Assembly (NCBI GenBank): GCA_951406725.2
Contig: OX597834.1
Span: 12,710,001-12,774,000, forward strand
From: Octopus vulgaris
Taxonomy: Eukaryota
Length of the DNA: 64,000 bases
Direction of reading: 5' to 3'
Below the pieces are notes generated by a model that was given only the letters and a program-made list of their open reading frames with translations, ran no database searches and was not told the origin of the DNA. The translations under genes and the position numbers were made by a program. The stretch's first letter is position 1. The number at the start of each line of letters is the position of its first letter. This document shows, piece by piece, positions 33,648 to 47,640 of the stretch.

Positions 33648-33650
33648 TTA

Positions 33651-33681
<31 letters not shown>

Positions 33682-33768
33682 TTAAGTATATATATATATA
33701 TATATATTTAAGTATATATATATATATATATATATGTATTTAATATATATATATATATATATATTTAA

Positions 33769-33808
<40 letters not shown>

Positions 33809-33909
33809 TTAAGTATATATATATATATATATATGCATATATATATGTATTTAAGTATATATATATATATATGTGGATATGTAAATATGCATATAAATAT
33901 ATATTAGTG

Positions 33910-33949
<40 letters not shown>

Positions 33950-34335
33950 AAGCATTATATTGTTATGAGAAAATGGGGGTCGAATCAATTAATTAATATA
34001 TATATATATATGTACATGAATAAATATATACATGCATATATGTGTACGTCTGTGTGCATGCGTGTGTGCATGGGCAGGCACCCTCTTTTGTTATCAGATG
34101 AGATTATATTAAACATATCTGAACCTCATTTCTGTGTTTCTAGTCGGAATTAGTCTTGTCATATAAATGGCTACGTATCATATTAACATTCTCTTGACTC
34201 ACGATTTATAGCGTCCTAATAATTTCAACTTTGGCGACTGTTCCGTGTTCTTTGACGCGACATTTTTCTCTCAGCTACATCTATCTAACTATCTATCTAT
34301 TTATATATCTATTTATCTATATATTTATATATCTA

Positions 34336-34935
34336 GGTTGTCCCATAGGACGCCATAGGCCTGTTTCTATACGTTTTCCCCTTTCTTCTCGATCTTCCAT
34401 AATGGTCCTCAGCACCTGAACTCCTTCCATGCCAGAACCCTCCAGCAAGTTGTCGATATAAGTCGTCTTCCTCCTTCCTCTCCTGGTTCTTCCTTCCGTT
34501 GGTTGCCAGAGCACTAGCTTTTTAGCAATTTCCTTTGTGTGTATGATACAGTGTCCACCTAGCCTCATCTTGCTATGCTCCATCTTCAATGTTACTTTTG
34601 GTAGTCCCTGGTATAAGTCGTTGTTTGTTGTATGACTCTTCCAGAAGACATTGAGTGCTTTTTTAATCATCCTCGTATAACAATCGTCCAACTGCTTCTT
34701 CAATGCTTTAGTGAGCGTCCATGTTTCAGCGCCGTATAGACGAACCTACTCCACTGTTGCCAGAAACAACTTCACTTTCACTTTCCTTGTTAACCCTGTA
34801 CTCCATAACTTTCTCAATCTATGACATGCGCTCAAGGCACAGATTGAGGCTACAGTGTATTTTTCAGTACTCTGTGTCCACACATCAAGGTATCTGAAAT
34901 TTTCAACTACCTTCAGCGACTTACTATCTATTCAC
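34336..34935 (-). mobile_element. RTE-clade LINE 3' fragment, decayed
   Basis: LFLATVE*VRLYGAETWTLTKALKKQLDDCYTRMIKKALNVFWKSH...RLGGHC...LVLWQPTEGRTRRGRRKTTYIDNL; followed by a (TAGA)-like simple repeat. Confidence 0.85.
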
Positions 34936-35249
34936 TTCTACACTCGCAACCCTCCCAGAAGAAGTAGCGGACGTTTAAAACGAGAGATGAGAGCTCATGA
35001 TTGTTTCATTTCTGCTTTGCTTTAAAATGTCTTGGATGCCGCGTTATGCACGTTAACCTATATATGTAGCAATCTGCTGAAGATGCTTTGTATCCAAATA
35101 CATTTAAAACAGATGTGTACATCCCAGGCAATAAAATATGATATTGTGATAATTTTTTTTTGCTATGCGATTGATTGAAGTAAAACGTAAATGCGATATG
35201 GATTTCTATACTTTATTTATCTGTCTGTTTGCTTGTCAGTCTTTCTGTC

Positions 35250-35253
35250 TCTA

Positions 35254-35300
<47 letters not shown>

Positions 35301-35313
35301 GTATGTATGTGTG

Positions 35314-35380
<67 letters not shown>

Positions 35381-35383
35381 GTA

Positions 35384-35418
<35 letters not shown>

Positions 35419-35548
35419 GTACGTAAGTATGTATATATATATATATATGTACGTATGTATGTATATATATATATATATATATATATAGTATGTATATATG
35501 TATGTATATATATATATGTACGTACGTATGTATGTATGTATATATGTG

Positions 35549-35590
<42 letters not shown>

Positions 35591-35591
35591 A

Positions 35592-35623
<32 letters not shown>

Positions 35624-35640
35624 CGTTTGTATGTGTGCGT
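35250..35640. repeat. Compound (TA)n/(TG)n microsatellite
   Basis: Directly visible. Confidence 0.9.
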
Positions 35641-35933
35641 GAGTGCATCTATATTGTGCACTAAAAATATATTTGTAAAGAGTTCAGTGTGACAACAATC
35701 AACACTGTTCACAACAACAGATATGTGTATTTCATTTTGATTTAGATATGTGATAGGAAACGTATTTTGAATGTTAAATTTATCATCTTTCAGATATTCA
35801 TATGAGTATTTTTGTATTTGTTCTTCAGAGATAAATACGCTGAACGGAAAATGTCTAAAATCTAGTCGGTGGTCAAATATTTATGTGGAACGGCAGGAAC
35901 GTTGCTTTTATAAGCGAGCATGCTATGGAAACT

Positions 35934-36142
35934 CTCTTTTATCTTTTTTACTTGTTTCAGTCATTTGACTGCGGCCATGCTGGAGCACCGCCTTTAGTCG
36001 AGCAGCTCGACCCCGGGACTTATTTTTGTAAGCCCAGTACTTATTCTATCGGTGTCTTTTGCCGAACCGCTAGATGACGGGGACGTAAACACGCCAGCAT
36101 CGGTTGTCAAGCAATGCTACGGGGACAAACACAGACACACAA

Positions 36143-36198
<56 letters not shown>

Positions 36199-36345
36199 CG
36201 ACAGGCTTCTTTCAGTTTCTATCTACCAAATTCACTCACAAGGCATTGGTCGGACGGGGCTATAGCAGAAGACACTTGCCCAAGTTGCCACGCAGTGGGA
36301 CTTAACCCGGAACCATGTGGTTGGTTAGCAAGCTACTTATCACGC
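35934..36345 (-). mobile_element. SINE family A, near full length
   Basis: Reverse complement of the 26089/47641 consensus. Confidence 0.92.
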
Positions 36346-37326
36346 TCTGTGTCTATAACGGAAAAAATTTCTTCTCTGATGACTCATATGTTTCATGAAA
36401 CGAATCCCCATGTTGCAGATTGTACATCATATCATTAATGTTTTCAGAGAGCTCCATAAAATCTCTATGGATTAATTATAATACATGATACTATAGAGTA
36501 ATAGAGTATACTTAAATCCACTCCGGGTTCCATGGAGTATATTTAATACTTGAGTATCTATGGAGAGCCATGCAATTTATATGATAAGTGTGTTTGTGTG
36601 TGTTTCTGTGTGTGTATCACTGAGTGTTTTTGTGTGAGCAATAATCCTGTTTAATTATATAAAAGCAGGGAAAATTCGTTTTAATTCTATTTAAATATAA
36701 TGTGCTTCTAAACAGCATTATATGTAACTTGTAAGTTACATACAAAGATATATTTTTCTTTCTCTTCATCTTTTCCACAAATTAGAATTTTTCAAATATT
36801 TCTATAGCTATATTAGCTCATTACCGTAAAATATTTTATTTCAATATTTACTATGTTTTCGCCAAATTTCAATGTTTTTATTTTATTTTATTTCATTTTA
36901 TTTTATTTCATTTTTTGTGTTATTGATATTTACGTTGGTTCTTTTTCTGAAAGATTATTTAACATTTTTTTTTCCTACATAAAGAAAATAAACTTACTGA
37001 CGTTTCGTCTTTCATCTCTGCTTTTAATGCTAATTTCAGCTATTTTCTTACCTTCAAAGGACAGATATTTAAATACGAACTGCATTCAATGTTTACGTTG
37101 TTTATTTATTTATCATTTATTTATTTATTTATTTATTTATTTACTTATATTTGTTTTCCACTTATGTTTGTTTTTTTCCACTGATAGTTCTTTTTTGAAA
37201 ACAAAACTGGACTTTCTTCTGAAGAAAATTATTTTCTTATACGTATGCACGAGTATGTATGCGTGTACACACACAAACATATATATAATTTATGTATATT
37301 TTAATACACGCACAGGCAGACATATG

Positions 37327-37365
<39 letters not shown>

Positions 37366-37934
37366 GAATAAACATATATATATATAATTAATATTTGTGT
37401 ATGTTAGTAAACACACACACTTACATATACACCACACACACATATATTAATTGCGTATTCGCTATCTGTATTCTTAATACATAGCTTTTTAACATCTGAA
37501 TCATATGCAGTTTATCAAAAACACTTCACAGCTGTTTATTCTCCATAGTTCCTAAAACATACACTCAATGTGTATATTGTGCAAGGGAGAGAGAATTTAG
37601 TTAATAATTGTTATGAATATGAACGATTAGAGTAAGTGTAAGCCCCTCATATGAGTTTTCTACAAAATTATTATCTGTTGGTATTATCTCAATCGTATAA
37701 TATCATGATTTGAGGAAAATTTCATTAACTGTTATTACACAGCAATCGGTATACACGGATTCCTTTGGCGGGTTTTATATCTTAAAATGTACAACCAATG
37801 TGAAGAATGGCAATGCTCTTAGTAATTATGACTTGTAATTTTAAGCTGAAATTATGATTTCAAATCTTGGCACATGGCCAGTAAGGGACACGTCGTTTAC
37901 AACGGGTCCAATCCTCAATTGGAATCGTTGCAAT

Positions 37935-38352
37935 AAGGCGGCGAACTGGCAGAAACGTTAGCATGCCGGAGGAAATGCTAAGCGGTATTTCGTCTGCTGT
38001 TACGTTCTCAGTTCAAAATTCCGCCGAGGTCGACTTTGTCTTTCATCCTTTCGGGGTCGATAAATTAAGTACCAGTTACGCACTGGCGACGATGTAATCG
38101 TCTTAATCCCTTTGTCTGTCCTTGTTTGTCCCCTCTGTGTTTAGCCCCTTGTGGGTATTAAAGAAATAGGTATTTCGTCTGCCGTTACGTTCTAAGTTCA
38201 AAATTCCACCGAGGTCGACTTTGTCTTTCATTCTTTCGGGGTCGATAAATTAAGTACCAGTTACGCTCTGGGGACGGTGTAATCGACTTAATCCCTTTGT
38301 CTGTCCTTGTGTATCCTCTCTATGTTTGACCCTTGTGGGCAATAAATAAATA
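37935..38352 (+). mobile_element. SINE family B dimer (head + body + body), flanked by remnants of an older family B copy
   Basis: Second body starts at the junction aagaaataggtatttcgtc (38161-38179). Confidence 0.9.
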
Positions 38353-38847
38353 AGTCTCCAATGCTCTGTTGGTTCTTACTTTATTGACTCTGAAAGCATA
38401 ATAGGCAAAATTGAAGTCGGTGGACTTTGAACTAAGAAAGTTAAGTCGGACAAAATGCCGTTAAGCACTTATTAGTGTGGATATTTATGGGCCCTGCAGT
38501 TGTGGGAGAGTTCAATATTACCGAGATAGCTACAAATCCGAAAGATAGTTGAATAAAAAGAGCATAAGTTTCAATATTGATGTTTAGTGATTGTGTGGAA
38601 GTTGTAGTATGTTAGTTCGATCCCTAGAGCGAATGATCTAAAACCGTCACTAACACTGAGGCTGTATAGCGCTGGATTTTTTCTGGGAAGCTTTGGGATT
38701 GAAAATGATTTTAAAATATGTTTGTTCTATTTCTCTGACAAGCCTGGACAGATTGTTAAACTATGTTAACTATTATTGTTCTTGAAACATACGACATGTC
38801 TTAGTTAACGAACAATGACAGAGTTCTGAAAGCATTCATAATACTTT

Positions 38848-39267
38848 ACTTATTTCCTTACTGCCCACAAGGGTCTTCACAAAGATGGGTCAAACAAGGA
38901 CAGACAAACGGATTAGGTCAATTATATCGACCCCAGTGCGTAACTGGTACTTATTTAGTCGACCCCAAAAGGATGAAAGGCAAAGTCGACCTCGGCGGAG
39001 TTTGAACTCAGAACGTAGCAGCAGACGAAATACCTATTTCTTTACTACCCACAAGGGGCTAAACGCAAAGAGGACAAACAAGGACATACAAACGGATTAA
39101 GTGGATTATATCGACCCCAGTGCGTAACTGGTACTTATTTAATCGACCCCAAAAAGATGAAAGGCAAAGTCGACCTCGGCGGAATATGAATTCAGAACGT
39201 AACGGCAGACGAAATACGTTTAAGCATTTGGCCAAGCGTTCCAACGTTTCTGCCAGTTCCCCGCCTT
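38848..39267 (-). mobile_element. SINE family B dimer (head + body + body)
   Basis: Junction gacgaaatacctatttcttt at 39024-39043; head ends ctgccagttccccgcctt. Confidence 0.9.
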
Positions 39268-39909
39268 AAATATTTAAATACATAATACTTTTCTGTGAAC
39301 TTGCTGGCCTTGCAACAAGATTTAAAATCATTACCTAGAATATTGCCTTCAAGATATATTTATGTAAATTTTGTAAATATACCTGTTAAATAAGTCTCCT
39401 CTAGCAAATCTATTGTACATGAAGCGACACATCGAAACCACCTGCAAACGATGGACAAAAATGTATAAAACGCTGATATTTCGCTTACAAAATAACTGCA
39501 GCTAGAGACACACATCACAGCTAATTTCAAAGCACTAGAAAAACTGAAGGACCACTGCAATATGTGGGGGAATCGGAGAAGGGAATATGTTGAGTAAAAT
39601 CATTATTAAATGATCCGCTTTTATTTTCTTTTACCCACAGCAAAGAAGATTCAAGTTTCTCTCTCTCCCTCTCTTTCTCTCTCTCTCTCTCTAACGATAT
39701 ACATATATATATATATATATAAATAATTTAGAATTAGTACGAAGCATGAGGATGCGGGTAGCTTCAACCTGTTTAGTAACAAGAGATAAAGTCCCACTTC
39801 ATCTACCTATATTTTTGCTGGTAATATTATCAATTCAAAATATTGAGCACAGATAAATTTAACAAAATTAGCATCTTGTTTGGACAGTAAATATTCGAAT
39901 ATTTTGCTC

Positions 39910-39940
<31 letters not shown>

Positions 39941-39949
39941 AATTTATAA

Positions 39950-40180
39950 ATGAGGGTGAAAATTTGATATTAATTTAATAATACCATTAATTTAACACCG
40001 AGTAGCATACGGAGAAAATACAAATTTATACATAAATTATTAGAGAGTTAACCACTATGTGGATAACTCTAGTGCTAAAAATAGATCGGATAGTATAGCC
40101 ACAGAAAAAAATGTTTCCAACTAGAATTAACATACATTTAACGGAAGGAAAGTGAAATATAACGAATATCCACATAGTGG

Positions 40181-40183
<3 letters not shown>
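39950..40183. mobile_element. Short (TA)n-embedded element with extension plus 17-bp inverted repeat
   Basis: taaccactatgtggata (40049-40065) / tatccacatagtggtta (40167-40183), second arm abutting (TA)n. Confidence 0.5.
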
Positions 40184-40223
<40 letters not shown>

Positions 40224-40627
40224 AGAGAGAGAGAGAGAGATAGACAAATAGATAGATAGTTACATAGATATGTAAGTACATAGACTGTTTGATATAGATA
40301 TATATACAAATATATAGATGATGCATACTATGCATAATCTCATATGCGTATATATGTGTTTGTGTGTGTGTGTTTGTACTATTATTATTTTACTATTCTC
40401 TGTTATACAGAAAGCGGAAGTACTAATCGGAGAGGTTTTACCGAACTTCTTGTAAGAACGTCTCATTTTATGATCAGCTTCATTCTACTTTATTCCAGGT
40501 AAAATTTTTTATAAATTGGTTCTGAAAATCATTGATTCACTGGTTCGTATTTGTACCGAAATCTGACAGGAGATAAGATCTGACTGATATTCTGCTTATT
40601 TTGTATTCTCACCTTATAATATTTATT

Positions 40628-41025
40628 ACTCTTTTACCCTTTTATTTGTTTCAGTCATTTGACTGTGGCCATGCAGGAGCACTGCCTTTAGTCGAGCAAA
40701 TCGACCCCAAGACTTATTCTTTGTAAGCCTAGTACTTATTCTATCGGTCTCTTTTGCCAAACTGCCAAGTTACGGGGACGTAAACACACCAGCATCGGTT
40801 GTCATGCGATGTTGGGAACACACACACACAGACACACACACATATATATATATATATATGTACGACGGGCTTCTTTCAGTTTCCGTCTACCAAATCCACT
40901 CACAATGCTTTGGTCGGCCCGAGGCTATAGTAGAAGACACTTGCCCAAAGTGCCACGCAGTGGGACTGAACTTCGAACCATGTGGTTCGTAAGCAAGCTA
41001 CTTACCACACAGCCACTCCTACGCC
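40628..41025 (-). mobile_element. SINE family A, full length
   Basis: Reverse complement of consensus, ending agccactcctacgcc. Confidence 0.92.
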
Positions 41026-41743
41026 TTAAATACTTAATGCAAGAAACTTTGTCAAACGAGATATCCCTTTGAAATGACAAACCATAGAAATATTTCCTTA
41101 CTGCAAATATTCAGAACTATATGAAATGAAAATGTAGGCGTCGCTATGGAACTGACATAATATTAAAACTGAAATCCCAGATATTCAAAGTTTTCTTAAC
41201 AATGCTTAGAATTTAGCTGTGATGTTTGCGTGTTCCTTGTAGTAGTTTTCGTTTGTTCTTTGCGAGCGAAATATCAGCGTTTTATACAGTTTTGTCCATC
41301 GTTTACAAGTGGTTTCGATTTGTCTATTCATCTAAAATAGATTCGCTTGAGGGGAAAGTGTTTAACCTACTTGTACCTGTGTCCTATTAACGGAAGGTGA
41401 AGCAAAGTAGGTGCAATATTTTCTCGAGAGATAACAGTAAACTAAAGCTTTTAATCTTGTCTGCTTTTCTTTATACGTCATTCGCCTGAACGTACTGACA
41501 ACTTCCTGATCACGCGTTATTCTGAGGCGTTTTATGTTGTTTTGAACAGTGGCAATCCATCGCTTCCTTCCGTATTCTTCCGAGATATTGTCATAATTTC
41601 TGTATCTTTTTCCTTTTGTTGCTTTCTCTGTACTCAATATTGGCAACGGTAGAGTTTGTACTAATATTAGTCGGTGCTTTCATTTTTTCTTTCTCTTTTT
41701 CGCCACTACTAGTGATATTGCTAACAATGTTTATAACAATGTT

Positions 41744-42136
41744 TTAGCAGTATCGCCCGGCGTTGCTCGGGTTTGTAAGGAAAATAACTATACAGAATTT
41801 TTAGTGAGTTATAGCCAAAAGTAGCAAAAAAATGCATTAAAAATGAAAAAAATATGATGGTAAATTTTTTTTTAAATCGTTGACTCATCGTAGACATTTT
41901 TAGAGAGTTACTTCCCTTTAAAAAAATATGCATGAAAATGGAAAAAAATGATGGCAAATTATTTTTAAAATCGTAGACTCATCGTAGACGCGCGCTAATA
42001 CCCAGAAGGGCTCGATATGAATCACGACTATAAGATACCCGGTTTTGGTTACACTGCACCGCAAAATGTGGGAGTAGTTAGGAATCAAATTGGAAGGGGA
42101 CAGACACTCACACAACTACAGTTTTATATATATAGA
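41744..42136 (-). mobile_element. Non-autonomous Helitron-like element
   Basis: Minus strand starts TCtatatatataaaactgtag and ends with hairpin cccgagcaacgccggg then cgatactgCTAA. Confidence 0.78.
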
Positions 42137-42349
42137 TAATATTAAACTCTGCAAGCTAACATTGGAAACCTCCTCGATTGTTGGTCACACAGCCTACTTC
42201 ATCAAAGGAAATACTCCATCATGATATCACAAACTATTCCATATAAAATATGGAAAGATCTGCACAAACTGTATATGTGTGGTATGAAGTTTCTTTCCAA
42301 ACCACATGGTTCCGAATTCACTCCCACTGCTTGTGTGTGTGTGTTGATG

Positions 42350-42540
42350 GATCTTTAGCTACTACACACATATTTTTCTCTCCTTGTTTCTCTCCTTGTT
42401 TTTTCGGTGTCCCTTTCTGTAGAAGAGCGTAGGCTCAAAACGTAAAATACTTTTTCTATTCCTGAGCGCTATACTACTAAATTTGTTTGTTTTGTACACC
42501 ACCTGTCTTCGTCTTTCGCTTTTTTTCGTAAACTTTCCCT
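42350..42540 (+). mobile_element. Repeat family D with U6 hammerhead-like motif (42409-42450)
   Basis: gtccctttCTGTAGAAgagcgtaggctcAAAacgtaaaatac; abuts (TA)n. Confidence 0.7.
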
Positions 42541-42726
42541 ATATATATATATATGTACACATACACACACACACACGCATATATATATATATATATATAC
42601 ATACACACGCACACACGCATATATATATATATATACACATACACACACATATGTATATACATATATATATATACACACACACAAACACACACATATATAT
42701 ATATACATACATATATACACACACAG

Positions 42727-42759
<33 letters not shown>

Positions 42760-42988
42760 CATATATACACACACAGACACACACACACACACATATATAT
42801 ATACATATATACACACACAGACACACACACACACATATATATATATATCTACATATATACACACACAGACACACACATATATATATATATACATATATAC
42901 ACACACAGACACACACACATATATATACATATATACACACACAGACACACACATATATATATATATATATACATATATACACACACAG

Positions 42989-43046
<58 letters not shown>

Positions 43047-43050
43047 GCAC
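42540..43050. repeat. Minisatellite of ~36-42-nt units built from (TA)n-CA-(CA)n-GA-(CA)n
   Basis: Repeating atatatacacacacagacacacac units. Confidence 0.9.
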
Positions 43051-43224
43051 ATATATATCGATAGCAGTGCTCAACTGGTACCTATATTATAGACCCCGAA
43101 ATGTAAGATAAAATATGATGTTGTAACAGGCTGGATTCGAAATGAGTATGTTAAGACGGACGAAATGTCACTAAGCATTTCGCCCAGCGTTGTAACGATT
43201 CTACCAACTCATCGCTTTAACTAT

Positions 43225-43225
43225 A

Positions 43226-43258
<33 letters not shown>

Positions 43259-43423
43259 ATAATAATAATATTGAAAATAATGAAAATATACGAACGACAA
43301 AAGCAGCAGCAGTAGAAGTAGTAGTGGTAGTAGTAGTAGTAGTAGTAGTAGTAGTATAGCAGCAATAATAATAGTAATGGAAATATTTATAACGACAACA
43401 ACAACAACAACAGTAGTAGTAAT

Positions 43424-43458
<35 letters not shown>

Positions 43459-43514
43459 TGATGATGGTGATGACGATTATGAAATGTTTGACGATATAAT
43501 CTCGTATCGTTAGT

Positions 43515-43545
<31 letters not shown>

Positions 43546-43566
43546 TATTATTATTATTATTATTAT
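43225..43566. repeat. (AAT)n/(GTA)n/(CAA)n microsatellites
   Basis: Directly visible. Confidence 0.9.
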
Positions 43567-44059
43567 ATTCTTGTTCTGCGATATTGTATCATACTCCGCC
43601 TACGTTATCTTAAATACAACATGCCGCACCAATAATAATATTGACAAACAGAAATTTTAGTGAATTACTTGTGTAGTGATATGAAACAATATTATGAGAA
43701 GCAACTTGTTCAAATGAAATATATAAAGCTAAAATATACAGTGTCTCGGAACGATGTGTACTGAGAAAACTGGAGCGATAAACAATGGCTGCAAAATGTA
43801 TATCTAAAATCTAGTACAGGTGAAGAAAACAGTGATTTCTATAAGTTAACAGTTCTGTGGCGTGTAAATATTATTTAAGACTCTTTCTTTTCTGCCTTAT
43901 GTTTAAGCTGAGTATTAGTATAAATTTCGAGGAAACGGCTCGTTGTGTATTTGGTATAAGAATTAAAAGCGAAAGGATATAGCGTATCAAATTTCCAACA
44001 AGGAAATTCTCACACGGCAAAATTTTAGATTGTAGGAAAACAGCCATCAGCTTCAGCAC

Positions 44060-44545
44060 CAATCCACTACCAAATCCACCACCACCACCACCAACAACAA
44101 CAACACTACTATCACCGTTACCAACGTCACTTACTAACACAACTGATGCAGCTACTACGAGCATTGAAGATGCCAATTATGATGCTCCTCCCGTCCTTCA
44201 CCCCTCCACCTCCCACCTTCCCCCCTCTTTCTATCCCTCCCACCCCTCTATCTATCACTCCCCCTTTCCTACTACTACTATTACTGCTGCTGCTACAGCT
44301 ATTTCTACCACCACCACCAACAACAACAACACCACCACCACCATTAACACTATTACTACTACTACTCCTACAACTAATAATAATAATAATGATAATAATG
44401 TTAATAATAATAATAATAATAATAATGTATATAATAATAATAATAATAATAATAATACGACTGATGCTGCTGCTACTTCTTTCACGACCAACAGCACCAA
44501 CACTATTACTACTACTACTATTACTACTACTGCTGCTGCTAATGT
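44060..44545. repeat. Mixed trinucleotide low-complexity tract (CCA/CAA/CTA/TAA/CTG)
   Basis: Directly visible; explains the poly-L/P/I ORFs. Confidence 0.9.
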
Positions 44546-45204
44546 TAAAATAATGAAAATAAAGATCTCTCAAGTTGGCATGAGATTACAAATTAAGGTT
44601 AAACGATATAGCCGATTATATTAATACACTTCAGAAGACTGGCATTATGCCGATCCAACGCCCTAATAATAATAATAATAATAATGGCACAAGGCCACCA
44701 ATTTCGGGAGAGGGGAGATAAGTCAATTACGTAGAAACCATGGATGAAAGGTAAAAACAATCACGGTGGATGCAAAGACGGACGAAATGCCGCTAAGCAT
44801 TTTTACGTCGAGCCTATTATTCTTCAAGCCCGAATAATCTTCGTATTATTTAGGCACAAAACAATCAATTTTTGAAGGAAAGCAATTCGACGCCAATACA
44901 TCACTACTACTTTCTTTCAGCGTAACCGATGGAATGAGACGCAAATTTTACACTAGCGGGGTTTGATTCACGAATGTAACGGCTCTAAATTGATAACGCA
45001 ATGTATATTCCCACTCACTAACGACTTTTCTAATATAACAACTGTACTAATTTCTCTCATAAACACACGAAAGTGGTTTTAGCTCGGGGGAAAATTGATT
45101 ATATCCACTCCACTAATTGACTAGTGTTTCAATTTATTGACATTCCAAGGAAGCAAAGCAGAGAAGACTCCAATAGCATTTGAATTTATATCAAATAAAG
45201 GCTT

Positions 45205-45420
45205 CAAAATTTGCACAATGCCAACAATTTAGGGGGTGTGCTTATGTGGATTGCATCGGCCTCAGTGCTCAACTGGTAGATATTTTTTTTTTTTAATCCA
45301 GAAAGAATTAAAAGCAATATCGACATCGATAGAATTTCAACTCACACCCTTATGACGGGCGAAATGGAGATAAGCATTTTGCTCGGCGCGGTGACAATTC
45401 TGCCTGCACACCGCCTCAGT
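45205..45420 (-). mobile_element. Old SINE family B relative (similar remnants at 25495-25655, 26530-26700, 43055-43220, 44685-44810, 52988-53185, 62660-62825)
   Basis: Degenerate cagtgctcaactggta...gaaag...aaagc..tcgac...gacgaaatg...taagcattt blocks. Confidence 0.6.
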
Positions 45421-46520
45421 TATATTATGAATAACATTAATGTGGTTCACGGTAGTGATTTAGCCCTGTGAATCAACCGTGCTTCATCGTAAGTAGAAGT
45501 ATATTTCAAAAATTTTAGTATGTGTTTTTTACATAAACAACAAAATACATTTTTCAGGAACCGACTGAAACTTTTGCGGTTCGTCTCTTCGATGACCTTA
45601 TTAGGGTTTTGCTTGTATCGCGAAAATGGAAGTAATTCTTGGATGTTCGATTCTTTCTCGTGTAGTTATTTTCCTAGAAAATACATTTTCTCTTCGCTGT
45701 TCTGTAGCCGGGAGGACCACTGATTTTTTTTTTTTTACTCTTCATGGCATCGTTCACAGTAACGGATATAGAATATTTCGAATTCCAGACTAAAGTGTTG
45801 TTCCTGGCGTTAACTTTGGATCAACAATCTCAATAATTTTTTTTCTTGTTGGTTTGGTGTTGATCGATTTTCTATGCAGAAAACTTTTAGATATAGCACG
45901 TAGGTGGTGTACGTCGAATGCTGAGTTTTAAAGTCAGCACGATGTATAGGATATATTAATAATAATAATAATAATAAACATGTGAGAGCGATAAGAGAAC
46001 ACCGGGAAAGTTTAACTTGGTGAGCGATAAAATATTGTTCCGAAATCTATACAAAAACATCAGGAATATTTACAACAAACGGAGCCTAAATTAACTGACA
46101 AACTTTTGAACTATATCCGCGTAATTAATGCTCATTAAAATTTATTTCTATTTTCCGAATGAAACTATGTATTTTAAGTCTGTGTCACCTCCATCACTCG
46201 CACAACACATGTAAATACGTTCGCCACACAGAGAAAGTGCTGGACTATACTAGAGTAAGTAATACTCATTAAAAGTACTGGACCATATCTCTGTAAGTAC
46301 ATAATGTCTATATCCGGTTAAGTACGCATCACGAACACGTAAGTACGTTAAATAATTAATTACGTATACAATCTCGTTTTACATGGATATATTTTAATAC
46401 TTCAAAATAGCATTAAGTATTATATAAACAGGCGCACGGCACACACACACACACACATAAGCGAACCGAATAAAAACAAACGACAAAGACTAGGCATTAT
46501 TGATCACAAAAGCATTAAAC

Positions 46521-46564
<44 letters not shown>

Positions 46565-46568
<4 letters not shown>

Positions 46569-46887
46569 CACCGTGATCACTATGATCACCGTGACCGCCC
46601 AGGCTATCAGATGTTGCTACACATCGCTGGTCACAATGCGCTTCGAATTTTTTTAGCCTTGAAATCACGCCACCCCGCTGGCTAAGCGAGCAGGCCAACA
46701 GAAGAAGGAGTGCGAGAAAGTTGTGGCGAAAGTGTACAGCAGGGACCGCCACAAAACCCTGCCAGGGCTTCGTGGAGCTTTAGGTGTTTTCACTCAATAA
46801 ACACACACAACGCACGGTCTGGGAAACGAAACCGCGATCCTACGACCGCGAGTCCGCTGTCCTAACCACTGGGCCATTGGGCCTCCA
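46565..46887 (-). mobile_element. SINE family C (head 1 plus tail Y)
   Basis: Head and middle nearly identical to 12870-13016, but a different 3' tail ending in (tgatcacgg)-type repeats. Confidence 0.85.
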
Positions 46888-47640
46888 TATATATACACAC
46901 ACACACCAGTTAGTCGCTAATATTCGAATCGCTGACACAAACCTTTAGCGTCGTGGCGGTTATAAGCTGATGTGACCTAATTCGCAAAGTGCTTATTGAC
47001 ATAGTTATAAGCGCCTTGGTAAGCAGATAACGCGCAGTGTAACGCTACTTAAACCGTCAGGCATATTTCTGAGCTATTATTCTCTATTGTCAAAAGAAAA
47101 AGAAATTACAATAGGTTACACTGTATCTTTGGCACAAGAAGGGTTTGTCTAGTATGAAAATGATTTGAACTATACTGTTTGTACCTCTTCATTTTGTTGC
47201 TAACCGTGTCACTGAACACGTTTCTATTAATGTTATTATCTGTCACAAAAGTCATTACTATTTCAGTACTGAATGTAAATAGATTTCATGTTTTATATGT
47301 TTTATGTTTGGTTTTGTATCCATTTCACTTCAATTTGGTCGGCAGTGTACTTCTGGCATCGAGCCATCTACTTTGAACGTAAACAAAATGAAATTATGTC
47401 AAAAATTTTGAAAACCTGGCAGATTTTTACAATCTCCATTGGTATGAAGTAATGCAAGAATAATTCCGGAAGCATTCGGTAGAAAAAGATTTTTCGAAAA
47501 ACATATTGAAATTTTCAGATGGTTACAAATAAGAAATTCAAATTTCACGGAAGTAATTGTAAGAATTAGAACAGTAGAAAAGAAGAAAAAAACATTTCAG
47601 CAAAAATATACATGCCATTCCAGGTTGTATAAATTTAAAG

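Noticed and set aside
36721-36742. Short palindrome tatgtaacttgtaagttacata
   Set aside because: Expected by chance in AT-rich DNA; no associated structure
42540-43050. Regular ~40-nt repeat array that could suggest CRISPR
   Set aside because: Units are low-complexity CA/TA with no unique spacers; eukaryotic context and no cas genes
44127-44573. Poly-Leu/Pro/Ile ORFs resembling membrane or proline-rich proteins (also 14020-14611)
   Set aside because: Translations of trinucleotide microsatellites
45520-45950. Higher-complexity stretch that might be an exon or LINE relic
   Set aside because: No recognisable motif or convincing splice pair
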